From Verrucomicrobiota bacterium (GTDB taxonomy: Bacteria > Verrucomicrobiota > Verrucomicrobiia > Chthoniobacterales > UBA10450), in the NCBI GenBank assembly GCA_003220055.1, contig QHRF01000083.1, positions 564 to 64,563 of the forward strand: a DNA stretch of 64,000 nt, written 5' to 3'. The notes under the pieces were generated by a model, which was not told the origin of the DNA, searched no databases, and saw nothing but the letters and a program-made list of their open reading frames with translations. This document shows, piece after piece, positions 1 to 7,816 of the stretch; the stretch's first letter is position 1, and each line of letters starts with the position of its first letter. Both the position numbers and the translations under genes were made by a program.

Positions 1-366
1 GGAAATTTCGATGGTTCGCTTCTGATCGTTTCCGGTGAAGCCGACGAAGATCAAACTCGGCAGCTCGAATCGATCTGGCAAAATCCAAGGGTTCGGTTCG
101 CGAAACATTTGCCGTTGCCCGATCTGCCGGCTTTGCTGCAGAGAACGATCTTTGTCGGGCACGACAGCGGCATCTCCCATTTGGCCGCGGCCACTGGCGC
201 AAAATGCATTTTGCTGTTCGGCCCGACCGACCCGTCCGTCTGGGCTCCGCTGAATGAAAACGCGCGAGTCATCCGCGCGCCGGACAGAGATCTATGCCGT
301 CTCGATGTCGATCTTGTGCGCGCCGCGCTCGATCAGGAACTGATGCGCATTGGCATCAGCACATAA
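1..366 (+). CDS. Glycosyltransferase family 9 (LPS heptosyltransferase-like), C-terminal fragment; 5' end lies outside the window
   Basis: Frame 1 is open from base 1. Translation ...GEADEDQTRQLES...FVGHDSGISHLAAATGAKCILLFGPTDPSVWAP carries the GT9 C-terminal DSG..H.A.A......FGPTDP motif. Confidence 0.7.
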   Translation, partial: GNFDGSLLIVSGEADEDQTRQLESIWQNPRVRFAKHLPLPDLPALLQRTIFVGHDSGISHLAAATGAKCILLFGPTDPSVWAPLNENARVIRAPDRDLCRLDVDLVRAALDQELMRIGIST

Positions 367-1430
367 AGAAACGGTGTCTGGATTTTCAAAACCCCCGGAC
401 TCATCTCGTCGATCAGATCGAGAAAAACTTCGTCCTCGGTCAGATTGCGCAATGGCGCCATTAAGAATTCCGGATTGAAGGCGATCGAAAAATCGCGGCC
501 CTTGTATTGCACCGGGAGTGATTCCTTAGCTTCGCCGACTTCCGGAGTGTTGGCCGTGATGTCGATGTTGTTCTTGGCAAAATTGAGCTTGATCGAATTC
601 GATTTTTCGCTCGCCAAAAGCGACACGCGCCGCAGCGAATTCAAAAAGGTCTCGCGCTCGAGGGTGATACGCTCCTTGGCTTCAGCCGGAATGACCTGTT
701 TGTAATTCGGGTAATTGCCTTCGATCAGCTTTGAGACCAACAGCGTCTTGTTTAAATCGAAAGCGATCTGGCCATTGGACACGCTTACCTTGACATCGTC
801 ATCATCGGTCAGTAACCGCTGCAATTCGGTCACGGCTTTGGTCGGAACAATGATGTCGGCTTCCTGGCTCCGCGGAATTTCCAATTCGATATCGACCATG
901 GCCAGCCGCCGCCCATCCGTGGCCACGAGTGTGAGCTTGTTCTCCTTCATGCTGAACAGGAGTCCGTTCAGCACGTAGCGAGTTTCGTCGCTCGAGATCG
1001 CGTAGGACGTTTTTCGCAAACCATCACGCAAATCTTTCTGACGGATCGTGACCACTTTGGCATCTTCGAACTTCGGAAGCGGTGGAAATTCTTCTTCCGG
1101 CAATCCGAGAATCTTGAAGAAACTTTGTCCGCTCCGAATCGAAGCGGCATTTTTTCCATCGACATCGATCTGGATTTCACTCGAAGGCAGCTCACGGACG
1201 ATGTTGAAAAGCCGACGTGCCGGCAGGGTGGTAGCGCCCTCCTTTTCCACTTCTGCTTCAAAACTTCCGCGAACGCCGACATCGAGATCCGTGGTCGTGA
1301 GATGCACTTCGCCGTCGGTGGCTTGGAGCAAGACGTTGGAAAGAATCGGCAGCGTCGTGCGCGTGCTGACGACATTTTGGACCTGTTGCAGACCTTCGAG
1401 CAGCTTTTCTTTGGTGACGCTAAACTTCAT
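333..1430 (-). CDS. dnaN: DNA polymerase III beta subunit (sliding clamp)
   Basis: 365-aa ORF MKFSVTKEKLLEGLQQVQNVVSTRTTLPILSNVLL...; typical length, and located directly downstream of dnaA. Confidence 0.95.
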   Translation of the reverse strand: MKFSVTKEKLLEGLQQVQNVVSTRTTLPILSNVLLQATDGEVHLTTTDLDVGVRGSFEAEVEKEGATTLPARRLFNIVRELPSSEIQIDVDGKNAASIRSGQSFFKILGLPEEEFPPLPKFEDAKVVTIRQKDLRDGLRKTSYAISSDETRYVLNGLLFSMKENKLTLVATDGRRLAMVDIELEIPRSQEADIIVPTKAVTELQRLLTDDDDVKVSVSNGQIAFDLNKTLLVSKLIEGNYPNYKQVIPAEAKERITLERETFLNSLRRVSLLASEKSNSIKLNFAKNNIDITANTPEVGEAKESLPVQYKGRDFSIAFNPEFLMAPLRNLTEDEVFLDLIDEMSPGVLKIQTPFLYVLMPMRISS

Positions 1431-1496
1431 GAGGGCGATTCTGCCTAAGATGTTAGGCGTGCGATCTTATTCAGCAACCGTAATCTCACAGCGCAA

Positions 1497-2849
1497 TTAG
1501 CGTTGCAACGCACTGTCGATAAACGAAATCGTCTGCCGAATGCTGTCCTGTTCTTTCATCCGCCTTTTCACCAACTTACACGCGTGCAGGACGGTGCCGT
1601 GATCGCGCCCGCCGAACGCATCGCCGATTTCGTTGAGCGAAGATTTGGTTAATTCGCGAGCCAGATACATCGCCACCTGCCGCGGGAACGCGATGCTGGC
1701 CGGCCGGCGTTTGCTCGTCATGTCCGCCAATCGCACATCAAAATGCTCGGCCACGCGCCGCTGAATTTGCTCGATCGTGATCGAAGTGCGCGCCTCCTCC
1801 TGCAAAATGTCTTTGAGCAGGTGCTCGATCACTTCACCGGTGAGTTGTTTGCCGCTGAGCGACGCGAACGAGGCGACACGCATTAGCGCGCCCTCCAATC
1901 GACGCACATTGCTCCGAATTCGATTCGCTAAAAACTCGAAGGTCTCATCCGGCAGCTTGATCTGCATGCCACGCGCTTTTTTGCGAAGAATCGCAAGTCG
2001 CGTCTCAATCGCAGGGGGCTGCAGCTCGGCGGTCAGGCCCCATTCAAAACGCGAGACGAGCCGATGCTCGAGATTGGCGATCTCCGATGCCGGCCGGTCA
2101 CTCGAAAGCACGATCTGTTTATGTCCGTCGAAAAGCGTATTGAACGTGTGAAAAAATTCCTCCTGCGAACGTTCCTTGCCGCCCAGAAATTGAATGTCGT
2201 CAATGCACAGCAGATCGGCCTGGCGGTAGCGTTTACGGAATTTGACCAGGTTGTTGTGCTGAATCGCGTCGATGAATTCGTTGATGAAAAGCTCGCTCGA
2301 AAGATAAATCACCTTCACGTTTTTCTTTTTCGCGAGCACGTACTGGCCTATCGCCTGCATCAGGTGCGTTTTGCCCAGGCCGACGCCGCCGTAAATAAAA
2401 AGCGGGTTATAAGTGCGCGCGGGCGACTGCGCGACCGCGAGACTGGCCGCGTGCGCGATTTCATTGTTCGGTCCGATCACAAACGATTCAAATGTGTTGC
2501 GCGGATTGAGTCCAAGCGAACTGCCGCTCGCCGGTTTGGTTTCGCGGCCGGATTCGGTTTGTTTTGCGAGACTGATGGCTTCGATTTCTTCAACCGGCGA
2601 TTCGGAGGAAATGAATTTAATTCCGCGCGGTTCGCCCAATGCCGTCAGCACGGCCGCCTGAAGCGCCGTCATGTGGTTACTCTCAATCCAATATTGGTAG
2701 ATGTTGTTCGGTACGCGAAAACTCAGCGTCTTGTCGGTGGCGCCGACTAATTCGACCGCCGAGAACCAACGCTTGAAAGTGTCCGGGCTAACCTGGGGTT
2801 TTAGCGCGGCCGATAACTTTTGCCAAAGCTGGTTACATTTCTCGTCCAT
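1497..2849 (-). CDS. dnaA: Chromosomal replication initiator protein DnaA
   Basis: Walker A GGVGLGKTHLMQAIG and a C-terminal DNA-binding region (IAFPRQVAMYLARELT). The ATG at 2849 (MDEKCNQLW) is preferred; the GTG at 2897 gives the longest alternative. Confidence 0.95.
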   Translation of the reverse strand: MDEKCNQLWQKLSAALKPQVSPDTFKRWFSAVELVGATDKTLSFRVPNNIYQYWIESNHMTALQAAVLTALGEPRGIKFISSESPVEEIEAISLAKQTESGRETKPASGSSLGLNPRNTFESFVIGPNNEIAHAASLAVAQSPARTYNPLFIYGGVGLGKTHLMQAIGQYVLAKKKNVKVIYLSSELFINEFIDAIQHNNLVKFRKRYRQADLLCIDDIQFLGGKERSQEEFFHTFNTLFDGHKQIVLSSDRPASEIANLEHRLVSRFEWGLTAELQPPAIETRLAILRKKARGMQIKLPDETFEFLANRIRSNVRRLEGALMRVASFASLSGKQLTGEVIEHLLKDILQEEARTSITIEQIQRRVAEHFDVRLADMTSKRRPASIAFPRQVAMYLARELTKSSLNEIGDAFGGRDHGTVLHACKLVKRRMKEQDSIRQTISFIDSALQR

Positions 2850-3121
2850 AGGGGACTTGTTAACAGTGTTACACAATCGCCATACAGGCGGCTGCACGAG
2901 GAACTTCGTGCTTCCGATGAAGGCGAGGCTTCCAGAACCCCGCCGGCATCTGAAGCATTAAAAACTGCAAAAACGGGGAAAAATCACTAAAATACGAGGG
3001 GAAAGGGGCACTCAGCTTCCGGGCAATGAAACGTTGCGAACCAGGGTCAACATCTCCTTTATGTTCTCGATTTAACAGGGTTAAGGGCTTACTCATTCTC
3101 GGGAATTAATCTTTCTCAGAC

Positions 3122-3262
3122 ATGTTCACATCTTATTCACACGTGCCTTCCTTTCCTCCCTGCCGCTGGCTTGAGATTAGAAATCAGTTCCGATAGCGAC
3201 AAGAAAAAATCTGAACTTTATTTTTCTTTTTCGGTCAAAAAAATCTTGACTGAAAAACCAAA
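3122..3262. promoter_or_regulatory. Candidate oriC / dnaA-upstream segment (DnaA-box-like 9-mers plus an AT-rich tract)
   Basis: TTATTCACA at 3133-3141 has 1 mismatch to TTATCCACA. ATGTTCACA at 3122-3130 is a weaker match. 3205-3262 is markedly AT-rich (aagaaaaaatctgaactttatttttctttttcggtcaaaaaaatc). Only these two boxes were found by eye. Confidence 0.3.
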
Positions 3263-3383
3263 ACGAGCGTGTCCCTAGGCAACGAAAATCTCACGAAGCG
3301 CACACACCTGATCGCATTCTCGAGCGCGGACATTTTCTTTGCTTCAGCACGTTGTTAATGTCTGCTTGCGCCTTTGATTCAAC

Positions 3384-3902
3384 ATGTCGCGCGTTCTGAT
3401 TGCATCCGTTCTGCTGCTCTTCGTCGTTTCAACAACGCGCGGGGCTGAAGAACTGTTGCCCCCTTTTGGATTTCGCTGGAACGATCCGATGTCGCGCGTC
3501 GATGCTGTGCTCAAGGGCGCGAAAGCGACGATTATTTCGCGCGAGAAAAAAGAAAACCGCGAACTCTGGACGGTGGAGGGCTTGGTCCATCCCGGATTGA
3601 AGCGAACACTCTTTACTTTTAAAAGCGGCGCCTTATTCGGCGTCGAATTGCAATACGAATATCCCGATTGGTCGATTGAACGTTACAACGAGCGTATGGG
3701 CGAGATCCGTCGCTACTTTGACGCCAAGTACGGCACCGGAAAATTAGTCTCCCGGACTCGCGACACCGATTCCGATGTCATCCAGACGCTTGTCGGGTAT
3801 CAATGGACCATCGGCGCGACCATGCTCGAACTGTTTTATTTCTCCGCGCAACACGACGCGCTCGTCTTCCGCACTATCTCAGTGGATTACAAAGCGCTCT
3901 GA
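3384..3902 (+). CDS. Hypothetical secreted protein
   Basis: 172-aa ORF with an N-terminal signal-like peptide MSRVLIASVLLLFVVSTTRGAEE. No recognisable catalytic motif. Confidence 0.65.
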   Translation: MSRVLIASVLLLFVVSTTRGAEELLPPFGFRWNDPMSRVDAVLKGAKATIISREKKENRELWTVEGLVHPGLKRTLFTFKSGALFGVELQYEYPDWSIERYNERMGEIRRYFDAKYGTGKLVSRTRDTDSDVIQTLVGYQWTIGATMLELFYFSAQHDALVFRTISVDYKAL

Positions 3903-3904
3903 TG

Positions 3905-3940
3905 CTATAGCCGATGTCGCTGACATCGGCCGCGGCTACA
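3905..3940. repeat. REP-like GC-rich hairpin (TATAGCC...GGCTACA class) between convergent genes
   Basis: ctatagccgatgtcgctgacatcggccgcggctaca. Inner stem GCCGATGT/ACATCGGC, outer TAGCCG/CGGCTA. Same architecture as the 28407-28455 copy. Confidence 0.6.
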
Positions 3941-3943
3941 ACG

Positions 3944-4540
3944 TTATAGCGTCGTCTCCGCGGCCGCTGTCTGTCGATGTTTTGCGCCGCTCCGGGTTTC
4001 TTTCTGCAGACGCTTGAGCTTGCTCGACAAACTTATTTTGGCCGCTGTGCTCATTCGATCAATGAAAAGAATCCCGTTGAGATGATCGACCTCATGTTGA
4101 ACCGCCCGCGCCAGAAACCCGGTCGTTTCGATCTCGATCGGTTCACCATCTAAATTCTGGGCCTGCACCGTGATCGATTTTGCCCGTCCAATTTCGCCTG
4201 TGATTTCCGGAAAGCTCAAACAACCTTCGGTTCCCTTTTCGGTTTCAGCGCTCAAATCAATTTGTGGATTGATCAAGAGCAGTGGCATCGCGGTTTTTGG
4301 ATCGATGCTCTCGCCGTTCAATTTCATCGTACTCGGCCGATCCTCGACCTCCGAAACGTCGAGCACCGTGAGTTGAAGCGCCTCGCCGATCTGCTGTGCG
4401 GCTAAACCGACGCCATTCGCGGCGTGCATCGTTTCGATCATGTTTTGCGCTAATTCGCGAATGTGAGCGTCGATCTTGTCGATGGGTTTGCCTTTCGCCC
4501 TCAGAATCGGATCGCCGTATTGCAAGATCGACAATCTCAT
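3944..4540 (-). CDS. def: Peptide deformylase
   Basis: The three PDF motifs are present: GVGLAAQQIG, EGCLSFP, HEVDHLNG. Confidence 0.95.
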   Translation of the reverse strand: MRLSILQYGDPILRAKGKPIDKIDAHIRELAQNMIETMHAANGVGLAAQQIGEALQLTVLDVSEVEDRPSTMKLNGESIDPKTAMPLLLINPQIDLSAETEKGTEGCLSFPEITGEIGRAKSITVQAQNLDGEPIEIETTGFLARAVQHEVDHLNGILFIDRMSTAAKISLSSKLKRLQKETRSGAKHRQTAAAETTL

Positions 4541-4944
4541 TATTCGCCGCGTGTAAATGCCGGTAAATTTTTCACGCCGGCGAGCTTCAACGCGTCCATG
4601 ACTTTAACAATTGTCCCGAACGACGCTTTCTTGTCGGCTTGAAGGGCGAGCGTGCTCCGGCGCGTTTCCGATAAATTTTTCACTGCTCCTTCCAGTTCTT
4701 CCACCGCCACGGTTTTCCCATCCAATTTGATTTCGTCGTTTTGGTCGACGGTCACGATCGCGTGCTCGAGCTCGGCCGGCGCGCTCGTCGCCGTTTTTGA
4801 TTCCGGCAAATTGATCTGCACTTGGGGCTGATCCCTTTTGAACGTCGTCGAGACGACGAAGAAAATCAGCAGGATAGTCAGGATGTCGACCAGCGAGACA
4901 ATGATGATCGAGGGCGCGCGCCGCTTGCGAACTGCAAATTTCAC
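4540..4944 (-). CDS. ExbD/TolR family biopolymer transport protein
   Basis: 134 aa with a single N-terminal TM (IIIVSLVDILTILLIFFVV) followed by a periplasmic domain. Its stop overlaps the def start (TAATG at 4538-4542). Confidence 0.9.
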   Translation of the reverse strand: MKFAVRKRRAPSIIIVSLVDILTILLIFFVVSTTFKRDQPQVQINLPESKTATSAPAELEHAIVTVDQNDEIKLDGKTVAVEELEGAVKNLSETRRSTLALQADKKASFGTIVKVMDALKLAGVKNLPAFTRGE

Positions 4945-4960
4945 AGGTGTCGATCTTGTG

Positions 4961-5677
4961 TCACGCCATCGGCGCGATTTCCGGCGTCGCGGGCTCCGCC
5001 GGCGTCACCGTCTGCGCGGGGACCTGCGTCTTGGCTCGCCCACCGGCGAGCCGGCCGTGGTAACACTTTGAAAGCAGATCCGTCACGAGCGATTCCATTT
5101 CCACTGAAAGGACTTCCACTTTCTTCGAAAAATAAACGAACGCGACCAAACTTGGGACGGCGATTCCGAGGCCGAATACGGTGCAGTTCAGCGCTTCAGA
5201 AATTCCTCGCGCGATCAGTTTCGGGTCGGCTGAGCTGGCGCTGACGCCGAGACTGGCGAAAACGTGGACTAAACCGGACACGGTGCCGATCAGTCCGATC
5301 AACGGCGCAATACCGATGATCACTTCCAGGACGACGAGCCCTTTTTCCAAGCGGACCATCTCGTGACGCGCGCGCGTTTGCACCGTCTCCACGTTTTCCG
5401 AGCGCGGCCAGCGTAAATGCGCCAGTGCGACGCGCACGATCCGAGCGAGCGAAGAGGCGTCATGTTGCACGATGCGAAAGAGCCGTTCCGGATTTGCGCC
5501 AGGAGCGAGGCGTTCCATTTCACTCTCGATCGTGAGCGGCAGCACATTTTTTTCCCGCAATGCCAGCGTCCGCAAGATAATCACGGTGAGCGAAACGATT
5601 GAGCACACCAGCAAAGGCCACATGAAAATGCCGCCCTTGGTAAAAAATCCGCCTATGGTTTGGAAAACGTCGAGCAT
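4961..5677 (-). CDS. MotA/TolQ/ExbB proton-channel family protein
   Basis: 238 aa with the typical 3-TM layout; the C-terminal half GLIGTVSGLVHVF...ISEALNCTVFGLGIAVPSLVAFVYF resembles TolQ/ExbB. Confidence 0.9.
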   Translation of the reverse strand: MLDVFQTIGGFFTKGGIFMWPLLVCSIVSLTVIILRTLALREKNVLPLTIESEMERLAPGANPERLFRIVQHDASSLARIVRVALAHLRWPRSENVETVQTRARHEMVRLEKGLVVLEVIIGIAPLIGLIGTVSGLVHVFASLGVSASSADPKLIARGISEALNCTVFGLGIAVPSLVAFVYFSKKVEVLSVEMESLVTDLLSKCYHGRLAGGRAKTQVPAQTVTPAEPATPEIAPMA

Positions 5678-5690
5678 GATTCAACGGCCG

Positions 5691-6671
5691 TCATCGATTG
5701 CTAAATGTGGTGAATGAAATTTCCGTTTCCAAACCTTCTGGCGGCAAGGCGTTCGCTACATCTTCTGGGATCGGCGGTAATTGCACCTCTAGGATCGATT
5801 GCAGACACACATTCGCGAAGGCTTCATTGGCGTCATTTGCCATTACCTTGAGATTCCTTACTCGTCCGCTGCGGTCAATCGCAAAGCTGATGCGCGCCGT
5901 CCCGAGGCTGATCAGATCGGTCTTTGCTTCGACGTAGGCGTACCAACGCGAACCAATCGCATCGAAAAGCATTTTTTGATACCGGCCAAGCGGTGTCCCA
6001 ATTGCATTGACTGCGGAGGTGCCACGATTCGTGATCGATCCGGCCAGACGCGTCTTTTGTTTAAAGGGTTGATAACTTGATTTTGGCTGCTGCGGGGTGC
6101 TCGCAGCGCTGGGACGCGGCGTCGGTGTGGAAGTCAACATCGCAAACTCTTCCGATTTTGAAATCGGCGTCGGCTGCGCGCTCGGTTGCGGCGTCGCCGA
6201 TTGCTCCGCCACGCTCGGCTGGGGTTGGGCGCCTTCATTCGGCAACGATTCCCGATGCGAATCCAAATCGATCGTATTGCGATCGACTCCCTGCTGCGAC
6301 GGCAGCGGCATGCTACCAGTCGGCAGAATTTCGCTCGCCGCGATCGAGTTCGCATTCGATTCGAACGTTTTTTCTTTTGGCTGCTCGGTTTGTTTCGATT
6401 CGTCGTTCGGGATGAACATCGCGTTCTTGACCGGCGCGGGCGTGGCCAGATCGACAAACGTCAGCTCAACCGGTTTGTCTTCTTCGATCACCGAAAATGG
6501 CGAATAAAGTAACCCTCCAAAAACCGCGAGCGAATAGCCGATGAGCAAATGAATACCGAGCGCCGCCAGAAGCGCCCAAAGAATCTTGCGCGCCTCCTTC
6601 TTTCTTTCGGCCGCATCGTCCGCCGAATGGCCAATGATGAACTCCGCCGTGGTCATTGAATTCAGAACCAA
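5691..6671 (-). CDS. TonB/TolA-like energy-transducer candidate (N-terminal TM, Pro/Ser/Gln-rich linker, TonB-C-like domain)
   Basis: TM segment ILWALLAALGIHLLIGYSLAVF, a long low-complexity linker, and a C-terminal ...ARISFAIDRSGRVRNLKVMANDANEAFANVCLQSILEVQLPPIP. Located directly upstream of the TolQ/TolR-like genes. Confidence 0.6.
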   Translation of the reverse strand: MVLNSMTTAEFIIGHSADDAAERKKEARKILWALLAALGIHLLIGYSLAVFGGLLYSPFSVIEEDKPVELTFVDLATPAPVKNAMFIPNDESKQTEQPKEKTFESNANSIAASEILPTGSMPLPSQQGVDRNTIDLDSHRESLPNEGAQPQPSVAEQSATPQPSAQPTPISKSEEFAMLTSTPTPRPSAASTPQQPKSSYQPFKQKTRLAGSITNRGTSAVNAIGTPLGRYQKMLFDAIGSRWYAYVEAKTDLISLGTARISFAIDRSGRVRNLKVMANDANEAFANVCLQSILEVQLPPIPEDVANALPPEGLETEISFTTFSNR

Positions 6672-6680
6672 AACATTATC

Positions 6681-7691
6681 TTACACGCGGGATTGTGACA
6701 AACGACGCCGTTTCGACTGCGTCGAGCCGATTGTGCGGCTTCGCCTCGCGGTTTTCCTCGCATGATGAAAGAGATACTGCTGTGCGTAACCGCCATGGTC
6801 GCCAAAGTATCCCTCTGTGAACGCTTGGAGCCGCGCGGCGTTCAATCTTCGCGTCCGCGGAAAATACTTTTCACGCAAAACGCGCTCGATCCAGACGTCG
6901 ATCGGGAACGCGCGCAGCCGCTCGTAGGCAAAGAGCATCACACAATTAGCAACCTTCGCGCCTACGCCGGGCAGCTCGCATAACCGCGCCCGAAGATCGA
7001 GATCGATGAGCGCAGCCAGCTTCTCAAGATCGACATCTCCACTCGCAATCAGGCCTGCGCTTGCCCGTAAATTTTTCGCACGATAACCAAGTGCACATTT
7101 TCGCAATTCTTTCTCCGAGCTGTCCGCAATCCGGTCAGCACTCGGAAATCTAAACGTAGTATAAGTTTGGGTGGATCGAGCAGTCCCTTGCTCGATGCCA
7201 ACAAATGTCGGCGAAGCCGAGTCGATTACCATCGCCCGCGGAGCGGCCGATCCACCATCCGTATTTTCGATTGAACGTTCGAGAGTGATCTTCCGCCGCT
7301 CCCCAAACCGTTCGCGCAAGCTTCGAGAGATCTGCCGGATATGGGCGACTTGCTTCATCGATGAGCAAATGAACGTGGCGAGACATTCCCATTTTGGTTG
7401 GCGAACGATTCGTAATCCGCGGCAAAATTCTTTGGCCGCGCCCATCGCCGGATCGACTGGGAAGGACGCACAAATTTCGGCAAGCGGATGATCGAGCGCA
7501 AAATAATTGCGGATCAGTTTTTCATCTTCGCAGCTCGTCAATAACGAATCTCCACGTTGCTCGACATAGACCGGTCGATCTCCGATCGCTCCAACAAATC
7601 CGCCATCGACATTCTCCCAATGAAAGACCTGGCCGGAACCGAGCGTCATTGCCAGATCGAAATCCGGCGCGGGAATTTTTGCGAGCTTCAT
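6681..7691 (-). CDS. 8-oxoguanine DNA glycosylase / HhH-GPD family (OGG-like) carrying an internal repeat-element insertion
   Basis: HhH-GPD signature LCELPGVGAKVANCVMLFAYERLRAFPIDVWIERVL and an OGG-type N-domain (GQVFHWE...RIVRQPKWECLATFICSS). The ATG at 7691 (MKLAKIP) is preferred. The extension to 7745 is encoded by repeat copy B. Confidence 0.8.
   Translation of the reverse strand: MKLAKIPAPDFDLAMTLGSGQVFHWENVDGGFVGAIGDRPVYVEQRGDSLLTSCEDEKLIRNYFALDHPLAEICASFPVDPAMGAAKEFCRGLRIVRQPKWECLATFICSSMKQVAHIRQISRSLRERFGERRKITLERSIENTDGGSAAPRAMVIDSASPTFVGIEQGTARSTQTYTTFRFPSADRIADSSEKELRKCALGYRAKNLRASAGLIASGDVDLEKLAALIDLDLRARLCELPGVGAKVANCVMLFAYERLRAFPIDVWIERVLREKYFPRTRRLNAARLQAFTEGYFGDHGGYAQQYLFHHARKTARRSRTIGSTQSKRRRLSQSRV
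7171..7256. mobile_element. MITE-like ~87-bp element, copy A (inside the OGG coding sequence)
   Basis: Terminal inverted repeats GGTGGATCG...CGATCCACC and an internal hairpin ATCGAGCA-AGGGAC-TGCTCGAT. Alignable along its length with copies at 7692-7780 and 49172-49260. Confidence 0.75.
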
Positions 7692-7780
7692 GGTGGGTCG
7701 AGCAGTCCCTTGCTCGATGCTAAATATTAGCGGCTCTGCCGCCATTAACTAACATCGCGCGACGGAGCACGCGATCCACC
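7692..7780. mobile_element. MITE-like ~87-bp element, copy B (fills the divergent intergenic region between OGG and the symporter)
   Basis: ggtgggtcgagcagtcccttgctcgatgc...gcgatccacc. Starts at the base next to the OGG ATG (7691) and ends at 7780. Confidence 0.75.
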
Positions 7781-7816
7781 TTGCACGTTCGCGAAATTCT
7801 GTCACCTAAGATCGAC

